Shown here: positions 49,067-62,797 of the stretch, one piece after another
How positions within the stretch are numbered: position 1 is the first letter of the stretch
Layout: the number at the start of each line of letters is the position of its first letter
Assembly: GCA_004022145.1 (NCBI GenBank)
Contig: RCNU01000007.1
Length of the DNA stretch: 64,000 nucleotides
From: Paecilomyces variotii
Taxonomy: Eukaryota
Strand: one strand, 5' to 3'
Translations under genes and position numbers: made by a program
Notes under the pieces: model-generated
Database searches by the model: none
Told to the model about the DNA's origin: nothing
Seen by the model: only the letters and a program-made list of their open reading frames with translations

Positions 49067-51394
49067 ATGGACGCTGACATGGATTCACCACCCGGTTCGC
49101 CTTTCGCCGGCCAGAAGCGCAAGATCGCAGACATGAGCTCCTCCGATGAAGAGGATGCCAGGCCCACCATGGGCTTTCGCGGGTTTCAGCAGGCGTCCTC
49201 GCTCTCCGAATCCCCTCCAACATCGGGCCTGGGTGGTCTAGGTAGCGGTCGTCGCAGTCCTTGGACCTCGACCATGAACTCAGGCGCAGGGACCCCGCGG
49301 GGTGGAAATCCAAAAGGTGGTGCAAAGGGTGGCTCCATGATGGGGGCCAACTCTTTCGCCGCGCGAATGATGGCGAAGATGGGTTATGTGGAGGGACAAG
49401 GTCTTGGTGCAGGTGGCCAGGGTATCGTTAAGCCAGTCGAGGCTCAAGCACGACCGCAAGGTGTTGGTTTGGGTGCAGTTAAGGAAAAGTCGAAGCAGGC
49501 GCGGGAGGAGGAAAAGCGTGCAGCGGCATTGAGAGGAGAGACAGTCGAAGACAGCTCGGATGAAGAGCGCGCACGGCGTCGAAGACGAAAAGAGGAGCGC
49601 AAACAGGAAGCCCGTAGCGGTGCCGCCACGCCTGTCGGCCCAGCAAAACCCCGGTTCAGGACTGCGCGAGAAATCGAAGCTGATACAGCCGGTCTGGAGG
49701 TTCCGAACGTTCTCAAGTCGCTGATCGATGCAACGGGCAAGGAACAAAAGGTGTTGACGTCCACCGCCGGTCTGATGACCCCATTGGAGTTCGTCAATCC
49801 GGGTGAAGGAGAGGCAATCAAGATTGCGCGCCGCGCGCGACACGATCTGGAAGCCTTTGCTGATGAATGGAAAGGGTTGACCGAAAGGAAAAAGTACATC
49901 GAGATGGAGGAGACGCAAGTGGTGGAAGAAATGGACGCCCAGCAGGTTAAGATGGACCAGCTCACGGAACTGGTCTCGGCCGTTGCAGCGTTGGAGATTT
50001 TCAACATGGAAGATGACCTGGCTGCGCGAATAGAGGATCTGACTTCCAAGCTGGAGCGTCTACAGACAGAGTTCCGCGACGTTATTGATGACTACAGGCT
50101 TTCGGAAGCTGCCGTTGCGGCAATCCATCCTCTCTTTCGACAGGCTATGGACGGATGGGAACCCCTGAAAGATCCTACATACCTCGTATCGAGCCTACGC
50201 CGACTAAACCATATCTTATCCCGGCGGCCCGCCAATGGAGAGGTCAAACGATCATCTACGTCGCCTTATGAAACGATGATCTATACCCTTTGGCTGCCGC
50301 GAGTGCGGTCTGCCCTGCTGAACGATTGGGATGTACATGATCCCGCGCCTGCCACGACATTAGTTGTATCATGGAAAGAACTTCTCCCAGCTTTCGTCTA
50401 TGCCAACGTCATGGACCAGCTGGTTGTCCCCAAACTGAGCGCAGCCATCAAGGAATGGAAACCCAGGAGCAGCAAGCGGCATCCCTCATCATCGCAGAAC
50501 TCCCGTTTCCCCTGGTGGCTGTTCACATGGCTGCAATACCTGGATGAACGCCATACCGACCCCAAGCAAGCAACCGGTCTACTCTCAGACGCCAAGAGAA
50601 AGTTCCGCGTCGTCCTGGACAGCTGGGACCTGCGCAAGGGCCTAGTCAGCGGCATCGAACTCTGGCGCGATGCCCTGGGTTCCGAGTTCGACGTTGCGCT
50701 ACGCAACCATCTTCTCCCGCGTCTCGCCCGCCATCTGCGGGACGAATTCGAAGTCAACCCTCAAGACCAAGACCTCACTGCCCTCGAAGACGTCTTGAAG
50801 TGGAAAGACTACTTCAAACCAAACGTCTCGGCCCTCCTCCTCGCCGCGGAATTCTTCCCCAAGTGGCACAACATCCTTCATATCTGGCTCACCAACGAAC
50901 CAAACTACGAAGAAGTCGGCGAATGGTTCTCCTGGTGGCGCTCCCAGATCCCCGAAGAGATCAACGAGATGGCCGCCGTCGACGACGAATGGAAGAAGGG
51001 TCTCCAAACCATGGACCTGGCCTCTCGTCTCGGCGACCGCGCCGCAGCGGAACTCCCACCCCCCGAACCCGCCGAGAAAACCCTCCCACGCCCCCTCGAA
51101 GCGGAACCCCCCGCCAAGCCGAAACCAAAGCCCAAACCCGTCGAAGAAGTCGGCTTCAAAGACATTCTCGAAACCTGGTGCGCCGAACAGGGCCTCATCA
51201 TGCTCCCCCTACGCGAAGCACACCCACAGAACGGCCAACCGCTCTTCCGCATCACTGCCAGCGCCACCGGCAAAGGAGGCGTGGTCGTCTTCCTTCAAGG
51301 CGATGTTGTATGGGCACAGAATCGCAAGGCGAAAGATATCTGGGAACCGATGGGTTTGGAGGATCGATTGGTCGAGCGGGCAGAAGGGAAATAA
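49067..51394 (+). CDS. G-patch spliceosome disassembly factor TFIP11/Ntr1/Spp382
   Basis: G-patch FAARMMAKMGYVEGQGLG...GIVKPVE...GLG; GCFC-like region (FFPKWHNILHIWL, EWFSWW); intronless. Confidence 0.92.
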   Translation: MDADMDSPPGSPFAGQKRKIADMSSSDEEDARPTMGFRGFQQASSLSESPPTSGLGGLGSGRRSPWTSTMNSGAGTPRGGNPKGGAKGGSMMGANSFAARMMAKMGYVEGQGLGAGGQGIVKPVEAQARPQGVGLGAVKEKSKQAREEEKRAAALRGETVEDSSDEERARRRRRKEERKQEARSGAATPVGPAKPRFRTAREIEADTAGLEVPNVLKSLIDATGKEQKVLTSTAGLMTPLEFVNPGEGEAIKIARRARHDLEAFADEWKGLTERKKYIEMEETQVVEEMDAQQVKMDQLTELVSAVAALEIFNMEDDLAARIEDLTSKLERLQTEFRDVIDDYRLSEAAVAAIHPLFRQAMDGWEPLKDPTYLVSSLRRLNHILSRRPANGEVKRSSTSPYETMIYTLWLPRVRSALLNDWDVHDPAPATTLVVSWKELLPAFVYANVMDQLVVPKLSAAIKEWKPRSSKRHPSSSQNSRFPWWLFTWLQYLDERHTDPKQATGLLSDAKRKFRVVLDSWDLRKGLVSGIELWRDALGSEFDVALRNHLLPRLARHLRDEFEVNPQDQDLTALEDVLKWKDYFKPNVSALLLAAEFFPKWHNILHIWLTNEPNYEEVGEWFSWWRSQIPEEINEMAAVDDEWKKGLQTMDLASRLGDRAAAELPPPEPAEKTLPRPLEAEPPAKPKPKPKPVEEVGFKDILETWCAEQGLIMLPLREAHPQNGQPLFRITASATGKGGVVVFLQGDVVWAQNRKAKDIWEPMGLEDRLVERAEGK

Positions 51395-52122
51395 ATAAAC
51401 CTTTCTCTTCTCTCATTAGCAGACTTCTTTTTTCTTTGTTTCTTTTTCTTTCTTTGGCGTATTGGGAAAAATATCCCAAGGGAACACCAGATTTAGGTTA
51501 TACAGACTATATTCAAATCGTACTAGGGCTTTGTTAACGTACGTGTATATGTATGTAGGATGGGATAGGATATACCATTATGAAGTCTTTACTTACTTTC
51601 CTTATGCATAGATATATATTGGATGGAAGGACAAACCCAGATTCTCGGACAATTAGTAGTATACCCAACAGATATTTTCCACTATGTATGTATCACTCTA
51701 ACTTTTACGGTTCCGACAAGGAAAATGCTCAAGACAAGATTTAAGTCCACCACACCCAATGGATGAAGTTACTGACCTAGTGAAGTTTAACCTGACAAGT
51801 ATTAACGAGAAGAAAACGACATAAACTGGCTAAATACTACTCAGTCGGGAAAGAAAAGATATCAACAACAATAATAAACCGCGGGAAGAAGGACAAAAAG
51901 AAACATAACTGATCCAAAAACTATGACATGACGGATCTGTATCAATTATGCGATTCAAACTGATTTTCCTCCTCCCACTTCATGAAAAATTCGTCGCATC
52001 CCAAAGCCTGCGCTTTCTCTTATACGTTCACCAAATAGTGCATGCATCAGCAGGTGCTGAAATAATCATGTCATAACATCATCACAGAAGAAGGGGTTGA
52101 AGAGCCAACAGAGGTCCGTCCT

Positions 52123-55100
52123 TTAGCCCTTTGCATTATACTTCTCATTGAAAGCATTGACAGCTGGAAAGTCTCGTTAGCTTCGACGTTTCCGGTTAAT
52201 TAAGATTTAGCAGCGGCCACTTACCAATTGCAATTTGTCTATATAGCCAGTTCCGTGCACTCTCGTCTTGCACAGGAATGAAGGGCCCATTGGCGCCTCC
52301 TTTGAGTGTAATGTTCATACCAGTCCGCTCCTTCGAGATGGTTTGGATATCGGTGAGCTTGATCTCCCATTCGGTGCGGAGCTTTTTGGACCGCACGAGC
52401 ATGATCCGGTTGTATGTCAAAATGACTATCATGTCGCGTCCTGGAAGCTCAAGATGCGCGATGTACTCCTCATTGAAGTATTTGCCGTCATCGGTAGTCT
52501 TGAGCCAGAACTGACCAAGGGCCTCCCGCTGACTGTATGGTCGTGCGATGCCATCGGAAGCGATGAAACGCGTAAGCCGAACTCGGTCTAGACCTTCCTG
52601 ATCAAACACCGTAGTAGTGTTTCGGACACCTTCAGCAAGACTCGAAGCAAGATCGAATGCACCAATGGCCGGCTTGGTTGCCAACCCTAAGAAGCCTTTT
52701 CCGACACCCTTGACGAACCCTTGGAAGCCCTCTTTCTCTGCACCTTCGAGTGGGTGACGTGCTAAGCCTCCAATACCACTGGCCAAGCTTGTAGCGAATG
52801 CGTTTCCTCCGGCAGTGATTCCGTACAATGCATGCTTCGGCCGATTCCTCGACTTGGACATTCGTCTCTGGTCTTGGAATTCTTTGTCTAGTGTGGCTGC
52901 TGCAAGACCCTTCGACATGCTACCAGTGAACTTGGCCATACTGTCGGAAAACCCGAACACTGATTTCTTGACAAAGCTGGAAGCACCTTTAGCGATGCCG
53001 ATTCCCAATTCCTGAGGCCTGTCTGTCATAACCAGTCCTTGGTACGGCTCGTAGAAGATATCTGCGACACCAGAGCTGACAGTGTTGAATAGACCAACTG
53101 GATTCCCAAGGAAATCAGCGGATCCGAGGACAACGTGGATCTGGCGGAGGAACTCTTGGGTATAATGTCTCTGGATATTACTGACGAGCATTGAGATCGA
53201 GACTCTCGCGTTCTCCAGCATCAGGGCATTGAGTCGGATAGGGGCGTCATTCACATTGCCGATAGACATCGTCATGACGTTGACAAAAAACATCAATGGG
53301 TTCGAAGGTTGCATTGTATCCTCGACATTAACACGCTCTGTGCGCATGAAGGAGATATCCAGCTGCATGGGTTGCAGATGGAGAAGCTCAAAGTACACAT
53401 CTTGACCCATCTCCTCTTGCTTTGGCTCGGGAATGGAAAGATCCTCGTCACATAGCTTTCCATCCTGTTCTTCAGCCCAGGAGGCCCCGGGAACCTTGAG
53501 AAAGTCGAGCATAGCAAATACGAAGTCTTCGTCAAGTTCAAGAGTGATCTGCTGCAGAAGCACCGTCGCATATTTGATGTACAACACTCCGTACGAGTCG
53601 TCCTTCACTCGGGTGACCATGGCATGGAAGATCGGGTGAGCTTCCATCTCCTTTCCAGTCTTAGGAACCACACTAGGATACAGGAGGATAGGGAAGACAC
53701 CTCCATAGAGCTGGTTGTCGATCTGTATCCACTTGATCGCTGCGTTGAGCGTTTGGTAGAGTCGTGATTCTCGAAGCTTAAGCTCGATATCGCGGAACGT
53801 AAGGTACAGCAACTCCTTCATGTTCTTGTTGATGAGTGATATACCAATACCTCCAAGGCGAAGTTGAGCCTTGAAGTTGACATCGGAGCTCAGCTCTTTG
53901 ACTTCGAAACCAGTGGAAACACTTGCTTGAGACGCCTGTGCACTCTGCTGCCTATACATGCTCTTTGATGGCTTGAAGTTGGAAAGGACGAGCGTCTGAG
54001 TTGGACCGTCTGCCACAATATTGATATCGATGATCTTCTGCGGTCCATTTGGACCTGAAGGTATCCTCATTGGAATGAGATTTCCGATCTCAGCAAGTTT
54101 GACGTGCCTCTCTTTGCCGTTGCACGTCAGCACCAGAGATTTATTCTTAGCAGCCGGATAATCCCAGGCATAGGGCATGATGCTTCGAGGTGGCAGGCGG
54201 TAACGGATTGGCCGCCAGCCGCTGCCGTTGTCTTCCTCATCCTCGTCAACATTGGGGTTGGCCTGGTAGAAGATGAACTCTGTATCACTTTCGTTGCGCA
54301 TCGAATAGGGCCAGTGCTTGGTTTCGAAGCTGAAGTGGAGGAACAGTGTAGCCGCCTCCATGATGATCTCTGCTTTGATAAGCCGCTGGCGCTGGTTGGC
54401 TTTAGCAAGCTTCACATGTATCGTTCCCACATCGGCGATATTGAAAGGAGATGACCACTGATTGTTCACTCCCGGGAAGCACAAGCACAACTGCTTCTCG
54501 GGGACTTGACGCAAGAAATGAAGAGGAATAAGCTCGCCACTCTTGATCGCTAAGACGTTGGACGATCCAGGTTCGCGAACAAGCAGATCCTCACTGAGTT
54601 TGTTCTTAAGAATGAAACGAGGGGCGATGGTAACAACTTTCGTCAGTTTGTATTTGCCTTCGCCCTCAGTGACCGAAACTCCAGCATGGAACTCGGATCT
54701 GCCTGCTCCCGCTGGCAGGACAACTTCAAAGGTACTACCAATGGCATCGAAACTCTGCGGCTTGCTCCATGCAGAATCACCGATCTTCAGGATTGACCGG
54801 TTCTTAGGGTCATCCGTGGGATAGGAATACATGTAGGGAAGAGAACGACCGCCACTCCTGGCATCTGTTCTCAGACCCTGACCAGCCGCTGACCTTGCAG
54901 ACTGGAGGAAGCCTTTAGACTGAATATCCATGCTTAGTCCTGTCCTGTTTAGGATGAGGTAAGGACTATATATGGAAACCTTGAAGGCACCGCCGCTGTC
55001 TGGCACGTTGAAATAGTGCAATTTCAGTCTCAGCTGGATACCTCTCTCATCCTTTAGTGACAGTACATGCTCCCTCCTGAACTCTTGCGCGTTGCCGTTG

Positions 55101-58100
55101 ATTATGGCAAAGTCACTCTGTTTGAAGACTGTATCCTGTAGGTCGATGCTGAGCAGCAGCAGGTGTGATAGTTCGACGACATGAACAGGACTAACACCAC
55201 CCTTGCGAAGGAAGTTGGTCCAGTCTTTCCTCGTGTTTTTGTCATAGATCCTGTATTTGAAGTCGTAAGGCAACAGATTCTGAATCTCAACGGGAGCAGA
55301 GATTCGGATTCTCATGTGAGGATAGATGCTGGTAAGCGGCTCATTTTTGTCGTAAGAGGCATTCATCTGGAAGTAGAATGGTGGAGATTGCTGTCCATTG
55401 TCGCTCAGGCAGGTCAGAGTCCGTGTCGGACGCCGCAAAAGCTCTTTCCAGTACAACTGATCAGTTGACCAGTCATAGCCAAAACCTTGATCAGGGCGGA
55501 CAACGACTGAGTGCATATAAGCTGCTCCCACGGGCGCAGGTCGAGAATCACCCGGTAGGATCTTCTCAATCTTCAGAAGATGACCTTCTTCAGGGCTGTA
55601 CACTCCCATCTCAACCGGTATCTGTGTATTGTTCTCAACCAGGAGTGGCGAGCGGAAGGTGATGTATTTAACGTTATCAGTCCCTAGTTTGACCTCTACC
55701 AGCAATTTGTGCAAGACCCTATCTTTCTTTGGTTTGAGGTTATAGAGTGTTTCGCCTTCCCTGATGACCGGAATACGAGTGACACTGTCGAAGCCACTTC
55801 CTTCGAGCTTGATGGCGACCAGGCCAGCGTTTCCTTCAGGCGTGAGATTTTCACGCATTGCAGTCGCATCCTCGAATCTCCAAGGGTATTCTTCTCCATC
55901 AGTAAGTTTAGCAGCTGGTCCGCCTTCGTCGTTACCGACGTCAGCCCAGACTCGAAGGTCGAACCCGGTGTAGTTGCGGATTCTGTAAGGTGCGTCGGCA
56001 CCTCTGGGCTTCGAAAGGACATCCTCGTCGGTCGACAGGAATTGGAATGACTTCGATGCCAAAGCAATTGTGGCAGTGGTCACCGTAAGCTCCATAGTCT
56101 TGTGAGAGTATGCCTCTATGGACAAAACATCCGGGTGCAAATCTTTCGCCATGTGGAATCCAAGCTGCCAGGGTTCGATTAATGGCTCCCAAGCCGACTT
56201 CGAGAAATTGTACACATTGACAAACGTGTCGAAGCTGGTATCGGCATTCATAGCGGTGGACCAGTCTCGAACGTCTACATTGAATTTCTTGACACTCCAA
56301 TCAAGCAGCGGCAGCTCGTGTAAGTCGCCGATCAGGACAACTCTGATACCATCAAATTGAGCGGACAGTTCCTCTCTTTTTATGACACCTGTACGTTGAA
56401 GGGGCAATTTATGCTCGGCTGTATTGGCAGACTGGCTACCACTGCGTTTATTTTTCGTGGAAACGGCATCCGCAGACTGCTTACCCCCCTTGGTAGACTT
56501 TGCGCTACTCCCCTTGATCTCTTTCACCTTCTTCGGCTCACCATCATCAGTGGTTTGAGGAGCGCGGTTGGTCATCTCGGAAGCTTTATTGACGATTTGG
56601 ATCGCAATAAGAATATCCCGGAGTGAAAGACGCAGCACGAGCGGCTCGACATGCACATCGATACTCGTCAAGCTCGAAGATCTTTCCTGAGAGCGACTGT
56701 CGAGGGACAGTTCGACCGTGAAGTCGTCGAGTATGCGCAATCTGCTAGTTTCGAACCGGTCCATCCGGCACAGGAACATGCCAACCTTGTTTACCTGCAG
56801 AGTAGAGACATTCTGCTGAGAGAAGAGGACCTGTTTCGTGCCAAGAACAATGGCCTCAGTGTTCGATATAGCAGGGTTCGCGATGAGGATCAGCTGAGCA
56901 TCGACAATGTTCGCTCTGAAAGAAACAGTCATTTGACCGTTCTTAGTAGAACTATCGCCGTTTGAAGATGGAGGCGGCGATCGTTCTGTGCTTGTCCTAG
57001 CAACACTGGACGCAGCATCGGATTCCTCTGGCGACTCATCGATCTCTTCGACTTCTACTGCTTCCTCCCTTGCAAACGCTGCACTAGCGAACGACTGTAA
57101 AGCGAACAAGTAATCCAGCGCGAAGATGATCCGCGGGCTGTCAATAGTAAGCATAGCAACGAGATGCTTTTCGGGTCCGGGAGATATCGAGACGCTGGCC
57201 ATAAATTGCTGTTGCACGTCATTGTTGATCAGTGACATGATTTTTCTGAACTTGTTGTTATCCTTAGTGCGGCTGTCACGGATCGAGAATGAGTGTATCA
57301 GCAGCTCAGACTCCAAGGAGCCATCCGTCAGCATCCGTAGTTTGACTCTGGTGTCGTTCAACGAGAACTTCGATAAGCTGGAATCCTCCAAACGGCCGAT
57401 TGGCTGGTTTTCCTTCTCGACCAGAAGCTCCAAGCCAATACTATCCACGTTGAAAATCATATCTAGTCGTACCCATGTCTCTTGATCCTCACCGGTTTCT
57501 GGGCCCTGCTGCGACGGAGCGGCTTTCTCCATGGTCGCCTTAGACACAGCTGCCTTGACAGGCTCTGCGGTCGTGGAGGGAAGCGCTTCGATGGCTTCGA
57601 GCTCCTGCTGGTCGCTATCGGAAGAGAAAGCCCCGGGAATAGTCTTGGATAGCTCCAGCAGGAACTTGAACTGGGACGGTGAGATTCTCAGATTGATTGG
57701 CGACATAGTTCCTTCGACTTCGATATCTGGGCGTGGTTGGTTCGGCTGGTGTTCCAGATAGCAAATGCTGAAGTCGAGATTGACCTGCTGGATCATTTCC
57801 AGCTCTTCGCTTTCTCCTCCATCGTAATGGAAATCGGATGTAAGACGTATCTTGCGGATACCAGCAGATATCATATTGACTGCGGGACTATCTTTGGCCT
57901 CATCCAACGGCACAAACGAATTGCTCGCGTAGATTTCTCCTAAGTGAGCGGTAATGGTATCCCGAGGACGGTCATCCATCACGGCCCGCGGGAACACCAC
58001 GATAGGTGTATTGACCACGATATCGAAGCGCATACGCGAAGCATTCTCCTGCAGCTGGTTCGCTTGATTTGCTGCAGCCTGACGGGCTGCGTTGAAGATA

Positions 58101-61100
58101 GCCTGCATCTTGCCGAACTTGACCAGGAAGTTAATGATCTTCCGATAAGGCTCCTCCAAAAAGTTGATCTTAACAGAGCCAGATCGCAAAAATACTTCAG
58201 AGTTATAGCCGGGGTAGTCTTCAGCATCTGGATCGAACGTCTGGTACTTGAAATCCGCGAAATCTTCTCCCTCTATCGTTAACAGTCTCCGAATGGAAGA
58301 TTGCTCTGAAGCGCCCATGTTCACATCGTCAACCAAAGTCAGACTGCCGATCCGTGATTGGATTCTCATTGCAGGACCGGCTATGAAGATGCCTACGTCA
58401 GCAGTATTCAGACTCAGCGTAGCCAATCTGACGCCGTCGTTGTTGAGTATCAGCGCAATACTCTTCAGGTTAGCCTTGATACGCATCTTTCCAACCTGCT
58501 GAGACTGTTCTTTCTCTTCACGTGTATCCGCTAGAGAAGTCTCGTCGGGGCTCTCTTCGACCTGTTTCGGTTGTCCGGGACTCGTGAAGGTCAGGAGAAC
58601 GAAATCCAGGAGAGTCAGTAACGTTTTCCTGGTGACAATGAGGTTGATTGTCGAGACCGATACGTCAAGATTCATAGCTATGCCATCAAACGTGGAGTCG
58701 AACTCGGGCGACTCAGGGTTGACTTTGAGGAACTTGAGATGGAACAGATCCTTGTCCGCGTCCGCATTGAATCCCTTGGAGGAGATGATCTGCTTGAACT
58801 CAGGGGGCTGGTTCTCTTCAATATAGTCATCCACGCTCAAAGACTTGAGTAATACTTCAGCCACCATATCATAAGATCGCATATAATAGTCCAATTGAAA
58901 ACCTTCTGCGACCAGCTCAACCAGCAATTGATCAGCCTGTTCTTCTCTGGGATCAGCACGGAACAAGGAACCGCGGAGCTTCCCGACAGTGAATTTGAGT
59001 TCGAAGTTCCTTCGGTGCAGGTTGATAGGTTTATTGATCTGCTTATTATCCTGCTCATTCGTCGGCTCCTCGGCATCAGAGTCTTCATCTACAACAGGCA
59101 GCTCCCTTTCGTTGGAAGGTTGCAGAGAAGCTGATCGTGCTCGATCCGTCGAGACAACTGCCTCTTGCGCCTTCTTGCGGGGTGTTTGCACGGTCTCGCG
59201 CCTTGTTGTCTCGCCTTCTTCCTCGAATCGTGGAATGGCAATATCGATCAGTCTCATTAGATTCTTATACTTCTTATCAGATATCGAAGCATGTAACTCG
59301 GGAAGATGGCCAGAAACCCGCGTCCTTGTCAGCTCAGTTGCTTTTGGTATAATACAGAGCTCCAAGACAAAATCCATGTTTATACGATCCATGATGTGCA
59401 GATTCTTCGAGTCATCCTCCGTAGTCAGCTGGGCCTTGGTGGCCTCAATACCGGGACCGATGAGAACCTGAGTGGAGTCCAGTTTAAGCAAGAACTTGTC
59501 GTACATAAGTCCTTCGAGCTGCTTATAGTCCTCTTCATTGTACTGTTTCCTTTGCTTAGCCTGGATGTCTTTGATGGCTTGCCTGTCGACCAGTTCGCTA
59601 GTGACGCTCATGTGACCAGCATCAAGAATCAAGCAGAGCGAACTTTCCTTGGTTATACTCTCTGGAACGATGACTAACGGAGCTTGAATATCGAAATGAG
59701 CGTCGATTGTCTTGTGTTCTTCCAGAGCAAACTCTAAACTGGCGCGGGTTTGTTGTCGAATTTCCTCTACAGTAGCTCCCGCTGAGTCCAGCAGTGCTCC
59801 GATGGACTCCATATGTCTTTCCGGGGGTTTGAAGAACTTGACCACCTCGACCAGGAACCTCGGGTTATAGATTACTTCGATACTCTTCAGTTTGACCTGA
59901 ACAGCCGAATCGGCATCGCTTTCCAGAGGGTTCTTTTCCAACCGAAGGTGGAACAAGCTGTTGTCTTCTTCGGTTTCTGAGTCGCTCTCTTCGGACGGTA
60001 GGCGCGGATCGTCAGGTTCGGATGATGGTTGCTCTTCCTGCTGCGGAAGAGAATCTTTGACCTTCACGATCTGCGGGAAGAGACTGCCTTCCGTAGTTCC
60101 ATCGTAGACCCTCAACCCTCCTAGGTCCACGTCTAATAGATAGGAATCAGGACGCTGCAAGGCCCTCGCCTTCAATTTGTCGAACACGAGTTTCATGATC
60201 TCCTCAGCTCGGCCATGGGGATCTCGTTTTAGAGTGAAGCTACCGGCTCTGAGACTCCAGTTCAACTGTACCTTGACCCAGTCCTTGGGGACATCCACAC
60301 TCTCTGCGAGTGCCTTTTTCTCGTCCCAGTCAATGGCGTTGTAGAGTTCCTGGCGCTGCTCCTCGGTCATGGTGGTAGTCTCGTCTTCCTCTTTCTTAGA
60401 ACCCCATATCCACTCCGACCAGGACTGCTGCCTGGCAGGTTTCTTCACACCGACGTTTTCTTTTCGTAGCTGGTTTCTAGCCAAAGAGCGCCAGAATCGG
60501 AGATCTTCGTAGCTAAGCTTCCATTCCAACCTCTCTAACTCTTTAGCTTCATCGGGAGTCAATTGCTCTTCCCTTTTCCGTTTCTTGAAGAGGTTGATGT
60601 AGGCTATACGATCATCCCTGCGCTCTTTTATGTAGTCCCAGGTCCAACGTCTGTTTCGGTCGTGGATTTTGCTGAGTATAGCGTTTCCCGCGAATTTCAG
60701 CCAGGCGCGCGGATCTTCCTTGGGTCTAGCCTTCGGTTGGAGCTTCTTATATTCCTGGTGGCGGATGAAGTAATGGAACAAATCGACAAGCATGAGTGCG
60801 TCTCGATATTGATCGTCGTCGAGGACGAAGCCCAGCTCATCGAACAGCAGGCGCGCTTTGATCTTCGGTCGATCCATCTTTCCAGTCTTGTCTAGCTCTA
60901 GACCGGCGCGACCGCTGACCGGACGGAGCATATATTGGCCTTTGTCGCCACCGTCCACGGTAGCCTTAAGCTTCTCTATAAGTTCTTCATGGGTGAGACC
61001 TTGCGCTTCCGCACCGATGTCCGAGCCACGTCCCGTCCCAAAGAGCTCTGCATCTGTGTTCCAGTAGACCGCAAGAGCGCCGAGAACGGCCAGCTTATGC

Positions 61101-61708
61101 GTCGTACCCGATGTTGACTGGATAAAAGTCGGGACCCAATTGCCATCGGTGCTGACGGCGCTGAGCTCCTTCAGGGTGACACCGGCCGCAAAGGGGTGAC
61201 CGGGCGAGGCAATCGAGTCTTCATATCGGAAGTGTACGTTCTTAATCGAGACTTGCAGGTTGTCAACGACAGCGGTGATGAGACTCTGTGTGAAGCTTTG
61301 GTTTCTTTGTTGCTCCTCCTGACTCATGCCGTCCGTATTCCGTTCCTTCAGCAACTCTGCGCTCTCGAGCTTTTCTATCTTGATCGCATGTGCTCTGCGT
61401 TCTTCCTCCTCAGGATCGTAGTCCGCATCCTCCTTCGGCGCGGCCAGGAGGAAAACATCCTCGATGTGGACTTTGACCGGCTTCCCCCGTAGATTCGACC
61501 ATGGTATGGACAACGTCAGCTGGCCCAGGTGACCCTCCACGACGTTCAGAGGCAGATGTAGCTGATCCAGTGCCTCTCGTCGCAGCTCCAAGTTGCTCAG
61601 CTTCACGTCACCAGACCAAATGCCGATATTGAGTTGCTTGGCATCGAAGTTCTTCACATACATGCCCAGGAAGCGGTTCAGCAGGTTGGCAACCACTCCT
61701 TCCAACAT
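52123..61708 (-). CDS. VPS13: Vacuolar protein sorting 13 (chorein-type lipid transfer protein); one ~9.5 kb exon plus a tiny last exon
   Basis: Chorein-N MLEGVVANLLNRFLGMYV...IWSGDV; SHR-BD region; C-terminal GSADFLGNPVGL; intron ~52223-52165, last exon (A)VNAFNEKYNAKG*. Confidence 0.97.
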
Positions 61709-62797
61709 GGTTGCGGTTGGAGGCCGTGACCCGGGCCGGGGAGGAACGTCTTTGAGAAATCAACTCTCGTGATTAATTCTTTTTGCCTATATGACCAGGT
61801 ATGGGCGATAACGTCTGTCTATCTAGCCTACATCGACCCATTCGGTCAGTCCACACTGCAGAGACTCAACGGGATAACGAACGTCTCATCAGACCTGAGT
61901 TGAATATGCTATTGAGCACTGAGGTACTCCGTTAACCTGTGCTCTTGACCAGCCATCCAGCGGGTTGAGGGGATGACCTCCGCACGGTCGAAGATCTGGG
62001 AGCAGCAGCTGATGATCGCAGGTCCGGGCGATTCTGCCCAGATCCCTCCCCTCCCGCTTTGGGACGCTAAGTATGACACGCGATAGCCGTGGCGTAGGGA
62101 TTGACACCTGTCCAAGGCACGGTTGGGTATGACGGACAGGGAAGGCATCCAATTGCTGATATGAAAGGAGCCAGCGTAAACGTCAGGGCATCCGGGGCAA
62201 TGTTGTGGTTTTTCCCTACCGTCACTGACCCAGATTAATTATTGGGGGGTTTCGCTGGCTCGATTGAATGGATGAATCAGGGCAAGTGACGTCGTGTCTT
62301 GGCACGGGCGGGAAGGCAGCAGAGATGAAGAGGTGGAAGCCTGAGGCGCCTGCTGTTGCTGCTGCGGTTGCTGGTTGTGGTTTAGCGGCTAGGGTTGCAG
62401 CCCTTTCCGCGCGTTCAACGAGAGCAGAGCTGATTCGAGCTCGCCCGGCGTAAGCAGCAGCACGTGAGCCTGTTGCGGCCTCAGCCTTCAGGCTGTAACG
62501 CTGCGGGCTTGGTGTCTCCGGGTCTCCGGAGCTAGCAACTCCCGTAACCTCACCATCTCATCATTTTGCCCTACGATCCTCAGATCCGAACGTCCTTCGC
62601 CGGCAGACCTCCATCTACGAGTCGAACCATTGTGTTCACCTGGGTTAATCCCATCATCTCCACTCCTACGCTTTTCCCTCTACCTTTTTCATTCCAATTG
62701 AGGCCGTCCGTAAGCTCTCCCGTCATTTCCTACTCTATCCGAGCTTCCTGGCTCACACTGTTTTTTGCAGAGGCTTCAAGCCATTCCACCGGCAATC

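Noticed and set aside
15239-51394. Cwf19 and TFIP11 are both intron-lariat spliceosome factors in one window
   Set aside because: About 32 kb apart with unrelated genes between; most likely coincidence.
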